A stretch of DNA of 58,872 bases, counting the filler, from Candidatus Rokuibacteriota bacterium (GTDB taxonomy: Bacteria > JAUVQV01 > DATDCY01), in NCBI GenBank assembly GCA_031406795.1. It is 4 parts of 4 records of this genome, joined end to end, with 100 filler letters (N's around TTAATTAATTAA, not from the genome) between each part and the next. Parts side by side here need not be neighbours in the genome. Positions count along the whole stretch, not along the records: positions 20,223 to 38,864 come from JANOHV010000170.1; 3 more parts are not named here. One strand, 5' to 3'. Positions 27,368 through 36,741 of this stretch are shown here, piece by piece. The notes beneath the pieces were generated by a model, which saw only the letters and a program-made list of their open reading frames with translations, was not told where the DNA came from and did no database searches. A program made the position numbers and the translations under genes. Each line of letters begins with the position of its first letter. The stretch's first letter is position 1.

Positions 27368-28462
27368 ATGACGCGCATCGCGCGGCTCGGTATTCGGTCC
27401 TGGGAGTTGCCTTTGGCGCGGCCGCTGCGTGTCGGCGGCCGGACCTTCGAGCGCCGGAGCGGATTGCTCGTTGTCCTGGAGGACGGCGACGGGCACGCCG
27501 GGATCGGCGAGACGGCGCCGCTGCCGGGCCTGCACGCCGAGAGCGTCGAGGAAGCCGCGGCGCAGCTGCTCGCGCTGGCGGGGCAACTGGAAGGCGAGAC
27601 CATCCCCGGGGAGTGCCCAGCTCTTGCAGGCGCCTTCGAGAGCTGGCTGGGAGGCCGCAGGCTGCACCCATCGGTGCGGACCGGCGTCGAGGGGGCGATC
27701 CTGACGCTGCTCGCCGACCGCGCCGGGACGGACCTCCCGCATCTGCTCGCAGCCAACCCGGCCGCGCAGGTGCGCATCAACGGACTGCTCGACGGTGACG
27801 CTGCGGCGGTGCTCGAGAGCGCCGCGCAACTGGTTCGAAGCGGCTACACCGCGCTCAAGCTCAAGGTCGGGAGGCGGGACGCCGCTCAGGAGGCGCAGCT
27901 CGTGGCCGCCGTGCGGGGGCTCGTCGGGCCGGCGGTCGCATTGCGTCTCGACGCCAACCGCGCCTGGGATCTGGCAGCGGCCCGGCAGTTCGCGAGCCGT
28001 GTGGCATCCGCCGGCATCGAGTACCTCGAAGAGCCGTTGCGCGACGCGAGCGACCTCGCGGCCTTTGTCGCGGACTCACCGCTGCCCGTCGCCCTCGACG
28101 AAACGCTCCTCGATTTCTCGCCGCACGCGCCCCCGCCGCTGCGGGGGGTCGCCGCGCTGGTGCTGAAGACTTCGGTCCTCGGCGGGTACGAGCGCTCGCA
28201 GGCCTGGGCGCGCCTGGCGCGGCGCGAGGGGCTCTCGTCCGTCGTGAGCGCCGCGTTCCCCTCCGCGGTCGGGATGGCGCTCGATGCCGCGTTCGCCGCC
28301 GCTCTCGGTGGCGAGACCGCCCACGGACTCGGCACCTCCGCCGCGCTTGCCGCTGACCTCGGACGTGCACCTCTGCCGATCGTCTATGGAAGCATCGACG
28401 CGCGACGCCTGCCGTTCCGACCGGGAGACTTCAATCTCGAGGGGACCCGTGCCCTGCGCTAG
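27368..28462 (+). CDS. menC: o-succinylbenzoate synthase
   Basis: GE.APLPG...E, KLKVG, LRLDANRAW, EYLEEP, ALDE, GLGT. Confidence 0.9.
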   Translation: MTRIARLGIRSWELPLARPLRVGGRTFERRSGLLVVLEDGDGHAGIGETAPLPGLHAESVEEAAAQLLALAGQLEGETIPGECPALAGAFESWLGGRRLHPSVRTGVEGAILTLLADRAGTDLPHLLAANPAAQVRINGLLDGDAAAVLESAAQLVRSGYTALKLKVGRRDAAQEAQLVAAVRGLVGPAVALRLDANRAWDLAAARQFASRVASAGIEYLEEPLRDASDLAAFVADSPLPVALDETLLDFSPHAPPPLRGVAALVLKTSVLGGYERSQAWARLARREGLSSVVSAAFPSAVGMALDAAFAAALGGETAHGLGTSAALAADLGRAPLPIVYGSIDARRLPFRPGDFNLEGTRALR

Positions 28463-30032
28463 GCGCACGCGCCCTGCCGCCCGGTTTCCGCTCGAGATCC
28501 GGGTGGCCCGCACCCCGGAGTCGCCGGCGTTGATCTTTCGCCCCGGCATGCTGCCCCGCGGGGAATCACTCTTTCCCGGGGGCGTCCCGGCCCTGCGAGC
28601 GCCGGACGAGACGGATCCTCTCCCTGCGTCCGACCGCCTCGAGACGGTGACATTCCGCGAACTCGACCGGCTGACCCTGGCCATCGCCCGCTCCTTCGCC
28701 GCTCACGGAATCGCCGCCGGCGAACGCGTTGGACTGCTGCTCCGTTCGGGACCCGCCTACCCGGCGCTGCTCCTGGGGCTGCTGCGCGCCGGCGCGGTCG
28801 CGGTCCCGGTCAGCACCCGGGTACCGGAAACGGCAGTGCCCCCGCTGCTCCACCGCATCGGCTGTCGGCGGCTCGTTGCCGATCGCGGCGAACCGGGCGC
28901 CGCGGCGGGGCTGACGATCATCGATTCGTCGGAGCTTCTCCTTGAGGCCGGGAGTCAGCGTTCCGCAGCAGCCGCAGCGCTCGAGGGCGCACGCCTGCCG
29001 CCGTTCGACCCCGGGGCGGACGCGACGGTCGTCTTCACCTCCGGCAGCACTGGCGCGCCGAAGGCTGCGCTGCACTCCTTCGAGAGCCACTGGGCGAGCG
29101 CGGTCGGCGCGAACCGCAACCTCCCGCTGCGCCCCGGCGACCGCTGGCTGCTCACGCTGCCGCTCTGGCACGTCGGCGGACTGGCGATCGTCTTCCGCTG
29201 CCTGCACGGCGGCGCGGCGATCGCCTTCGCCGGGGAGAAGGAGCCGCTCGCCGACGCAATCGCCGGCCTCCGCGCGACCCACGTCTCGCTGGTCCCCACC
29301 CAACTCTACCGCCTGCTACGCGAGCCGCGCGGGCGTGCGGCACTGCGCGGCCTCAAGGCAGTTCTGCTCGGCGGCGGTCCGGCTGCGCCCGTGCTGATCG
29401 AGGAGGCGCTGCAGGCCGGCACGCGCCTCCTCACCAGCTACGGCTCGACGGAGACGGCCTCGCAGGCGACCGCGACGGCACCCGGCGACCCGCCGGAGGC
29501 GCTGAACACCGCCGGCCGGCCCCTCGCCTTTCGCCAGGTCGCCATCACCGCGGATGGCGAGATTCTCGTCCGGGGTCGCACGCTCTTCCGCGGCTACCTC
29601 GAGGAGTCGGGGACGCGCGCGGCACGCGACCCGGCGGGATGGTTCCACACCGGGGACCTCGGGCACTTTGACGCGGATGGCCGCCTGAATGTCACCGGAC
29701 GGCGCGACACGATGTTCATCTCGGGCGGCGAGAACATTCACCCCGAGGAGATCGAGCGCGAGATCCTGCGCTTCCCGGGCGTGCTCGAAACGATCGTCGT
29801 GCCGGTGCCGGACGCCGAGTTCGGCGCCCGCCCGGCGGCGTTTCTGCGCACGGTAGACGAACATCTTCCCGCCGCTGCAGATCTCGAGCGCTTTCTGCGG
29901 CAGAGGCTCCCTGGGTTCAAGGTGCCGGTGCGCTACCTGGCGTGGCCGACCGTTAAAGTGGGGCTCAAGCCCGACCGCCGCGCGCTTGCGGCGTTGGCGC
30001 CGACTGACCCAGAAACATTGATTTATCCCTGA
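28449..30032 (+). CDS. menE: o-succinylbenzoate-CoA ligase
   Basis: FTSGSTG.PK, LPL.HVGG, SLVPTQL.RLL, SYG.TE.ASQ, WF.TGD.G, GR.D.MFISGGENI.PEEIE; start uncertain (28449 or 28548). Confidence 0.92.
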   Translation: MPCARRTRPAARFPLEIRVARTPESPALIFRPGMLPRGESLFPGGVPALRAPDETDPLPASDRLETVTFRELDRLTLAIARSFAAHGIAAGERVGLLLRSGPAYPALLLGLLRAGAVAVPVSTRVPETAVPPLLHRIGCRRLVADRGEPGAAAGLTIIDSSELLLEAGSQRSAAAAALEGARLPPFDPGADATVVFTSGSTGAPKAALHSFESHWASAVGANRNLPLRPGDRWLLTLPLWHVGGLAIVFRCLHGGAAIAFAGEKEPLADAIAGLRATHVSLVPTQLYRLLREPRGRAALRGLKAVLLGGGPAAPVLIEEALQAGTRLLTSYGSTETASQATATAPGDPPEALNTAGRPLAFRQVAITADGEILVRGRTLFRGYLEESGTRAARDPAGWFHTGDLGHFDADGRLNVTGRRDTMFISGGENIHPEEIEREILRFPGVLETIVVPVPDAEFGARPAAFLRTVDEHLPAAADLERFLRQRLPGFKVPVRYLAWPTVKVGLKPDRRALAALAPTDPETLIYP

Positions 30033-30389
30033 ACCCAGCAGAACAAGGGCCGCTATTACGAAACCCTGGAGGAGAGTTCGCGCGGGTGGCACGAAGGCGC
30101 TCACGATTCCTGGCCATTTATCAACTACGTGCTCTTCATCATGAAGACCGCCTACCGGGAATTCGCGGATCGGGTGGGCGAGACGAAGGCCCCGCGCGGC
30201 TCGAAGCGGGAATTGATTCTGGAGGCGATCGGCAGGCACACGGGCGACTTTACGATGGCCGAACTGGAGCGGGATTGCCCCGGGGTAAGCCGCGAGATGA
30301 TCCGGCGGGTACTGCGCGAGGAGCGGGTGAAAGGCCAGGTTGCCTGCGTGGGACGCGGACCAGCCGCCAGGTGGGCGGAGAGGAGGTAA
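30033..30389 (+). pseudogene. C-terminal remnant of a Fic-family protein
   Basis: YYETLEESSRGWHEG.HD.WPF..Y.L..AYREF..RVG...RGSK...CPGVSR.M.RRVL...GRGP.ARW resembles Fic C-termini; no start or HPF catalytic region. Confidence 0.65.
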
Positions 30390-30518
30390 TTACCTCCAGG
30401 TGGAGGTACTAGTAGGGGTACTAAGCAGACCGCACTCGTTTCTGCTGCGAATACCCCGCATGCCGGATGCATCCTTAATCATGGTGCACCACCTCCTTAC
30501 AACCATTTGATATATCAC

Positions 30519-30548
30519 TTGACAAAACAGATACCATATTCTTATATT
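30519..30548 (+). promoter_or_regulatory. Sigma70 promoter of the XRE-ImmA gene, with nearby palindromes
   Basis: TTGACA (30519-30524), 18 nt, TATATT; palindromes TGATATATCA (30508-30517) and TTGATGTCAA (30547-30556). Confidence 0.55.
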
Positions 30549-30603
30549 GATGTCAAGCCGCCGAAGCAGACACATCAAAGCAGACGGCCCATGGGGGGAG
30601 CAA

Positions 30604-31740
30604 ATGATTGACAAGGCACTAGCTGCACGCTTGAAGTCTGCCCGTGAGCAAGTTGGGTTGTCTCTAACAGATGCCTCGAGTCGTCTCGGCATCACGAATT
30701 ACCAGACGCTCAGCAAGATCGAGGCTGGCGAAAGGGCGCTGAAGGCCGCCGAGCTTTCCACCTTTGCGCGTGTGTACTATGCCTCGGTTAATCAACTTCT
30801 CGGACTTGAGGAGATACGCCCGCCCGCAACATTTCTTTGGAGAAGTGAAGGCATGAGCGAGCAGCGCCTCGAAGCTGAAAGCAGTATTTCAAGACGCTGC
30901 GCGCACTTTGTTGCGCTTGAGAAAACCCTCGGTGTGCCCCGTACGGAGGGATTCCCGTGCTTGGTCAAGGGACGGGAGGGGATCCGCACCGACGGAGACG
31001 TGGACAACGTTGCGTCCAAGGCGGGCAACCTGCTGAGTCTTGGCAAGCGCCCCGCGTGCTCGCTTGCCAAGGTCTTGGAGCAGGAATACGGGGTCAAACT
31101 TCTCTACCTCCCGCTATCCGATGCCGGCTCCGCAGCGTCGATCGTCCACCCGGACTGGGGGGCTGTTATTGCAGTGAACAGCGAGGAAGCCCCCTGGCGC
31201 CGAGCCTACGATCTGGGACATGAACTCTTCCACCTCCTCACTTGGGACGCAGTGATGCCGGAAGAAACGGATAACGCCGACTTGCACAGGGATATCGAGA
31301 AGAAAGCCAATCGCTTTGCATCGACTCTACTCCTGCCCGATAGCGAGATACGAAGCGAACTGCGGAAACTGTCGGCGGAATCGAACTCCATCGCCTTTTC
31401 CGACCTCGTGGATCTCGCCCGCGAGTTCGGCGTTTCCACGAAGGCGCTTCTCTACCGCATGGCTAATCTCCGCTTTCTGGCCTGGGATCATGCGGATGAA
31501 CTTGCCAAGAGCGAGGAGCTGTCAAGCATCGACAAGAATAAGCGCAAGGGCGATTGGGGACCGCCTCCCAGGTCCGAACGGTTTGACTTTCTCGCTGTCC
31601 AGAGCTTGAGAAAGGGACTGATTTCCCGAGGCAAGTTCGCAGAGATGGTCGAAATCGACCGGAGCGATATTGACTCGTTCATCGAAGGGTATGGCCTGAT
31701 GGAGACCGAAGGTGGGCAGGTTGAGATTATGGCTTCTTGA
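30604..31740 (+). CDS. XRE-family HTH fused to ImmA/IrrE zinc metallopeptidase
   Basis: RLKSAREQVGLSL...LSKIEAGER HTH; R..YDLGHELFHLL (HExxH); EKKANRFASTLLLP. Confidence 0.9.
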   Translation: MIDKALAARLKSAREQVGLSLTDASSRLGITNYQTLSKIEAGERALKAAELSTFARVYYASVNQLLGLEEIRPPATFLWRSEGMSEQRLEAESSISRRCAHFVALEKTLGVPRTEGFPCLVKGREGIRTDGDVDNVASKAGNLLSLGKRPACSLAKVLEQEYGVKLLYLPLSDAGSAASIVHPDWGAVIAVNSEEAPWRRAYDLGHELFHLLTWDAVMPEETDNADLHRDIEKKANRFASTLLLPDSEIRSELRKLSAESNSIAFSDLVDLAREFGVSTKALLYRMANLRFLAWDHADELAKSEELSSIDKNKRKGDWGPPPRSERFDFLAVQSLRKGLISRGKFAEMVEIDRSDIDSFIEGYGLMETEGGQVEIMAS

Positions 31741-32233
31741 CGCAGACGTCATCATCGACCTGCTCGGGTTCGACGTCTTCGACAAGCTCGTTAAGACCCA
31801 CGAGGTGCACGTCGCATCGACCGTAGCGGGGGAAGTCCTGTATTTCAAACGAGATGGCGAAAAATTCTCCGTCGATTTTCGCCAGACGTACGTCGAGCCC
31901 GGCCGGGTAAAGGAAGTATCCGCCTCAGTTGAGGAGCTTGGAGACATCATCAAGAAACTGCCGCCGATTAAGCGCGATGGTCTCCATCCAGGAGAGCTGG
32001 AGTCCATCGCAATACTTGTGCGGGTGCCTGAGTTGACCTTCTGTTGCTGCGACGCGGCTTCCATTCGCATACTTCCAGTGTTTGACCTGGCCGAGCGCGG
32101 GATATCTACGGAGAACCTGCTTCGGCAGAGCGGGTTATTGAAGCCCGGGCTCCAGGACAGGCACACGGAGGAGTATTTTCAAAGCAACTTGCGAATTGGC
32201 CAGAAGGAGAACATCCTTTCGCGGCGCTGGTAA
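31721..32233 (+). CDS. PIN-domain protein
   Basis: LLDADVIIDL, V..E, LHPGELESIAI, C.CD..; overlaps the 3' end of the ImmA gene. Confidence 0.72.
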   Translation: MRLWLLDADVIIDLLGFDVFDKLVKTHEVHVASTVAGEVLYFKRDGEKFSVDFRQTYVEPGRVKEVSASVEELGDIIKKLPPIKRDGLHPGELESIAILVRVPELTFCCCDAASIRILPVFDLAERGISTENLLRQSGLLKPGLQDRHTEEYFQSNLRIGQKENILSRRW

Positions 32234-32340
32234 TGCCTTCCAGCGGACCCACTTCAGCCGACGGAGCAACCGACGCTCCTGATTTTCCATCCCTTCGCTT
32301 CCAGACGCTTTGCCTTGTCTTCACGCATGGTCGTACTCCT

Positions 32341-32766
32341 TCAGTCTGCGACAGCAGGAGTCGCCAGATATGGCGCGAACGCGGACCGCACCGCGTCCGG
32401 CAGCGGGCACGCTACTCCCGCGGCCGGGTCCAGCGCCGCGTGCACCGTCGTCACGCTGCCGGCCTCCCGGCCGTCCGCGAGCAGAAAGCGGTAGCCGATC
32501 GTGAACGAGCGCTCCCCGAGCGCCCGGACGACGACCCGCACGGCGAGCCGGTCACCCACCGCGAGCGGAGCTCGGTAATCCGCCTCGGCGTGGACGACGG
32601 GAAACAGCACCGCCCGGTCGCGAATGGTCTGCGCGATCGGCTGGCCGATGTGCTCGAGAAACTCCTCCAGCGCCGCGTGCGCGAAGCGGAATTGCGCGCC
32701 GTAAAACATGAAACCGGCCACATCGGTATCGTAGAGACGGACGATCGACTCGCAGCTGAATTCCAC
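32341..32766 (-). CDS. Hotdog-fold acyl-CoA thioesterase, probable DHNA-CoA hydrolase
   Basis: VRLYDTDVAG..FY....FAH.A.EEFL, P.VHAEADY.APL..GD; next to the men operon. Confidence 0.75.
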   Translation of the reverse strand: MEFSCESIVRLYDTDVAGFMFYGAQFRFAHAALEEFLEHIGQPIAQTIRDRAVLFPVVHAEADYRAPLAVGDRLAVRVVVRALGERSFTIGYRFLLADGREAGSVTTVHAALDPAAGVACPLPDAVRSAFAPYLATPAVAD

Positions 32767-32786
32767 CGCTCCCTCCGCTTGCTGGT

Positions 32787-33323
32787 TTACGGCTTTATCG
32801 GGGGCTCGCGCCAGGCAGCAGCGGGCCGGGCAAGATCGGTGCGCAAGTCCGCGGGGACGAGCAGGACCTCCGACGCCCCCTCGCGCCGCAGATAGCTGCT
32901 GGCGAAGTCAGGACCGCGCCCGCCGACGATAAACCCGGCGATGACGTTTCCGGTGGAGCCTTCAAGCTGCACGGCGATCCCCTGCCCGGCATCCGTCTCG
33001 TAAGCGGCCTGCTTCGCCGGATTGGTCGAGACGACCGTGCCCTCGCGCGCGTCGACCAGCTTCGCCAGCAGCGCCTCCACGGCAGCGGCGTCCGCCGGCG
33101 CCTTCGCCGCGCCCAGTTTCCACGCGCCGCCCGCGCGGGTCAGTACCACTTCGGCGCCGGCTCTGGTCGCGCGGACCCCGGCGACATCCCCGGCCTTCAG
33201 ACCCGGGAAGAGTGCCACCCGGTCGCGCGGCCGCTCGACGCTGCCCGGCCCCTGGAAGTACCAGGCGCCCGCCGCGCACCCGAGCAGCACGCCGAGCAGC
33301 ACGCGCGTCTTGCGCGTAATCAC
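32787..33323 (-). CDS. DUF4340-domain protein
   Basis: N-terminal TM anchor, W......PAD...V..LL..L, YLR..G..EV; follows a GldG-like gene. Confidence 0.7.
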   Translation of the reverse strand: MITRKTRVLLGVLLGCAAGAWYFQGPGSVERPRDRVALFPGLKAGDVAGVRATRAGAEVVLTRAGGAWKLGAAKAPADAAAVEALLAKLVDAREGTVVSTNPAKQAAYETDAGQGIAVQLEGSTGNVIAGFIVGGRGPDFASSYLRREGASEVLLVPADLRTDLARPAAAWREPPIKP

Positions 33324-34900
33324 CCTTCGAGCCCCGAACGCCGGCGGGAGTTGAGCCGCAGCATCCCGAACAGCGCGATCAGCAGCGGCACCCCGATGAT
33401 ATTGACCACCTTGATGAACGACTTGGCCCGGTCGGAGACGGCGGGGAGCAGACGCTCGTCGGCGGTACGCGAGCGGATGCCGATCAACTCCGGGCCGAGC
33501 GTCATCCAGTCGACCGCGTTGAGCAGAAACGTGCCATTTTCGGGGAATTGCCGCAGAAAATCCGGCTGTGCGAGACGGGAGGTGCCGACGACGAGCATCG
33601 AAGTCGCGACGCTCTGCGCACGGAACTTGGCCGCCGGGCTGCCGGCCGGGGCGGTGGGGGGAACCTTGTCGCGCCAGAAACTCGGGAAGCGGCCGGCGAG
33701 CAGCACGACGAGCGGCCGGTCGGCGGCCGGGGTCCGCGCGGGATCGACTTCACGCCGCGGCTGCGGGGAGAAGTCGTAGTTCTCGGACACCGCGTAAGCC
33801 TCCCGGGAGCTGCGCGCCAGGATTGTCGTCTTGACGTCGCCGCTGGCGGGCGATGCCGGATCGAGGCTGCTGGCCCAGGGGAGCACGATGCTCTCGAGCC
33901 GGGAGCTCACGGGGTGTTCGCGGTCGAGCGCCGCGCCGGGAACGCGCACCCACCATGGGTAGTCGACACTGAATTGCATGAACCCGGAAGAGAAGGTGGC
34001 GGGCGCGCTCAAATGCGGCTCGGCGACGACGTCGCGCGCGAGCTTGACGCCGTAGCGCTCCAGCAGCTCATGCACGCCGGACTCGGCGGGGACCGCCGTC
34101 AGCGTCCCCGCCGGTATTTCGAAGTGATCGACGAGGAAAACCGCGCGTCCGCCACGCATGATGAACTGGTCGAGCGCGTAGCGCGCCTGTTCCGACAAGG
34201 AGCGCGGACCCGCGACGACCAGGGTTTCGACGTCGTCGGGAACCTTCGTCAGCTCGTCCGGCTCGATCAGCTGCAGATCGTAGAGCCGGGCGAGTTCGTG
34301 CCGCAGCGGGTCGCCGCCGCGTGCACCCGGTTCGGCCTCGGGGACGCCGAACCAGCCGACCACTTTCTTCCCCGGGTTCGTCAGGCGCAGCAGCGCCGCG
34401 GTCAGTTCGTACTCGAGATTCCCCGCGTCCTCGACGACGGGGATCACCTCCTGGCGCCCGCCGTGCAGCAGCGCGAGGCCGAGATAGACGCTGGTGAGCT
34501 GGAGCTGGTCGCGCTTGATGACTTCGAGCTGCATCCGGGGAATCCCGAGGGCGCGCAACCGCTGCTCGGTGGCGGGATCGTCGCCCGGATCCGCGAACTC
34601 GATCTCGAGCCGGCCGCGGGAAAACGCCCGGTACTCCTCGAGCAGGTCCCGGACCTGCCGGCGCAGTTCCGCCAGGTACGGCGGCAGGTTGCGGCTGAAA
34701 TAGACGTTGATCACGACCCGGTCATCGAGGCCGCCGAGCAACTTCTTCGTCGTGGGCGCGAGGCTGTAGTCGCGTCGCTCGGTGAGGTCCCACCGGGAGA
34801 ACCAGCGCTGCGCGACGACGTTGGCCGCGATGAGTATCCCGGCGATGATCGCGGTCTGAGCGATCCGGTTGAGCCGTACCAGGTGCCGTTTGGCCGCCAT
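33320..34900 (-). CDS. GldG-family ABC transporter auxiliary component
   Basis: RWDLT....YSL...T..LL..L, DLL.EY, DP, LEYELT, LDQFIMRGG, N..FLLN.VDW. Confidence 0.85.
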   Translation of the reverse strand: MAAKRHLVRLNRIAQTAIIAGILIAANVVAQRWFSRWDLTERRDYSLAPTTKKLLGGLDDRVVINVYFSRNLPPYLAELRRQVRDLLEEYRAFSRGRLEIEFADPGDDPATEQRLRALGIPRMQLEVIKRDQLQLTSVYLGLALLHGGRQEVIPVVEDAGNLEYELTAALLRLTNPGKKVVGWFGVPEAEPGARGGDPLRHELARLYDLQLIEPDELTKVPDDVETLVVAGPRSLSEQARYALDQFIMRGGRAVFLVDHFEIPAGTLTAVPAESGVHELLERYGVKLARDVVAEPHLSAPATFSSGFMQFSVDYPWWVRVPGAALDREHPVSSRLESIVLPWASSLDPASPASGDVKTTILARSSREAYAVSENYDFSPQPRREVDPARTPAADRPLVVLLAGRFPSFWRDKVPPTAPAGSPAAKFRAQSVATSMLVVGTSRLAQPDFLRQFPENGTFLLNAVDWMTLGPELIGIRSRTADERLLPAVSDRAKSFIKVVNIIGVPLLIALFGMLRLNSRRRSGLEG

Positions 34901-34909
34901 CGCCCGCCT

Positions 34910-35620
34910 CTACCCGCGCCTCTGCAGCCGGCGGGTGGTCAGATAGAGGAAGAAGAAGATCACCGCCGCGAAGTACAGCAGGTCGCGGCTGTCGACCACC
35001 CCGCGGCCGATGCTCCAGAAATGGGCGCCCATCCCGGCCGCCGCCAGCAGGGGGGCGAGCGAGGCGGGCGCGGCCACGACGACGAAATCCTCGCCGGCCA
35101 CGAAAAGCACGAAGGTCATCGCGACCCCGGCCAGATAGGCCACGATCTGGTTCTCGGTGAGCGTCGAGGCGTAGATGCCCACGGCCAGTCCGGCCGCCCC
35201 GAAGAACAACAGCCCGAGATAGCCGGCGAGGACTGGTCCGCGGTCGGGGCTTCCCAGGGCGAAGACGGTGACCGCGATCGGGATCGTCCCGGCGAGACTG
35301 ACCAGGAGCAGGCCGAGACCGCCGAGGAACTTGCCGAGGACCGCCTCGCGCTCGCGCACCGGCCAGGTCAGCAGCACTTCGAGCGTGCCGAACTTGCGCT
35401 CCTCGGACACCATGCGCATGGTCAGCGCCGGCAGCAGGAAGACCAATGTCCACGGCAGCAGGCTGAAGAAGCCGCGCATGGTCGCCTCCCCCCGCAGGAA
35501 GTAGGTGCGGAAGAAGAACCAGTTCGTGAAGGCCAGGAAGACCACGAGATACGCGTAGGCCACCGGGGTGATGAAGGCGCCCCGGAACTCCTTCTTCGCG
35601 ATGGCCCAGATGGCGCGCAT
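34910..35620 (-). CDS. ABC-2 transporter permease (GldF-like)
   Basis: IAKKE....F.TP.AY, PALTMR..SEE.K.GT.E.LLT.P, S.LT.NQIVA, RGV.DSRD. Confidence 0.9.
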   Translation of the reverse strand: MRAIWAIAKKEFRGAFITPVAYAYLVVFLAFTNWFFFRTYFLRGEATMRGFFSLLPWTLVFLLPALTMRMVSEERKFGTLEVLLTWPVREREAVLGKFLGGLGLLLVSLAGTIPIAVTVFALGSPDRGPVLAGYLGLLFFGAAGLAVGIYASTLTENQIVAYLAGVAMTFVLFVAGEDFVVVAAPASLAPLLAAAGMGAHFWSIGRGVVDSRDLLYFAAVIFFFLYLTTRRLQRRG

Positions 35621-35623
35621 GAG

Positions 35624-36562
35624 CTACTTGCCCTCCCCGCCGGTGAGCTTGATGAAGACATCCTCGAGCGAGAGCCGTTCGGCGTGCAGTTCGCGCAGTC
35701 CCCAGCCGCGGCGGGCGACGGCGGCCGCAAGCTCCTCGCGCGGGTCGGCGCCGACGTCGCAGCGCACGCGAAAGCGCGGCACCCCCGCCTCCTCGCCGAG
35801 GTCGACGCATTCGACGACTCCGGGGACCGCGGCGAGTTCCCGGGCGATCAGCTCGCGCGGCCCACGGACCGCCAGGTCGACGAATTCGCTGCCGCGCGCC
35901 TGGGCGGCCAGCTCGGCGGTCGTCCCCTGGCCGACCAGGTGCCCTTCGTTGAAGATGACCACCCGCTGGCAGGTCGCCTCGACCTCGGGGAGGATGTGCG
36001 AGCTGAGCAGCACGGCCTTCTCGCTGCCGAAGGCGCGGATCAACTCGCGGATTTCGATGATCTGTGTCGGGTCGAGCCCGACCGTCGGTTCATCGAGGAT
36101 CAAGACCTCGGGATCGTGCACCAGCGCCCCGGCGAGCCCGACGCGCTGCCGATACCCCTTGGAGAGCTGGCCGATGATGCGCCCGCGCACCGGCCCGAGC
36201 CCGCAGCCTTCGAAGGCCCGCCCGACCAACCGCGCCTTGGCCGCGCGGGGGACTCTGCGAACGTCGGCGACCAGTGAGAGGTACTCCGCGACGGTCATGT
36301 CGAAATAGAGGGGGTTGTTCTCCGGCAGGTAGCCGAGGCGACGACGGACCTCGAGCGGTTCGGCGGCGACATCGAAGCCGGCCACCGTCGCGCTGCCCGT
36401 GTCCGCGGAGAGGAAGCAGGAGAGAATGCGCATCGTGGTGGTCTTGCCGGCGCCGTTGGGCCCGAGCAGGCCGAGGATTTCGCCACGGGCGACGGCGAAG
36501 GAGACGTCGTCGACGGCGAGCGTCCCCCCGAACCGCTTGCTCACTCCGGCGACCGATATCAT
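35624..36562 (-). CDS. ABC transporter ATP-binding protein (GldA-like)
   Basis: GPNGAGKTT, LSKGYRQRVGLA, ILDEPT.GLDP.Q, SSHIL.EV. Confidence 0.95.
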   Translation of the reverse strand: MISVAGVSKRFGGTLAVDDVSFAVARGEILGLLGPNGAGKTTTMRILSCFLSADTGSATVAGFDVAAEPLEVRRRLGYLPENNPLYFDMTVAEYLSLVADVRRVPRAAKARLVGRAFEGCGLGPVRGRIIGQLSKGYRQRVGLAGALVHDPEVLILDEPTVGLDPTQIIEIRELIRAFGSEKAVLLSSHILPEVEATCQRVVIFNEGHLVGQGTTAELAAQARGSEFVDLAVRGPRELIARELAAVPGVVECVDLGEEAGVPRFRVRCDVGADPREELAAAVARRGWGLRELHAERLSLEDVFIKLTGGEGK

Positions 36563-36709
36563 GGGCGTCAGCCTTCCTGTATCAGGACATTCCCCGCTGC
36601 CCGGCACCGGGCGGATTCACGCCTCCGGCCCGTGGTTGGGGCGTTGCTGAAAAATACTCACATTTTCGCCGGTGTCAATTCTACACTGCCAGAGCGGACA
36701 GGGTATATT

Positions 36710-36736
36710 GGAACAAACAAGGCGGCGAGGGTGTCT
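36710..36736 (+). promoter_or_regulatory. Candidate ECF-sigma autoregulatory promoter (GGAACAA-N16-GTCT)
   Basis: Sigma-E-like -35/-10 elements directly upstream of the ECF gene start. Confidence 0.45.
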
Positions 36737-36741
36737 TCAGC

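Noticed and set aside
30030-30389. Sec or read-through fusion of menE (TGA) with the in-frame downstream ORF
   Set aside because: MenE is already complete, the downstream part is a Fic C-terminal remnant, no SECIS-like hairpin or Cys-equivalent position; most likely a chance deletion junction
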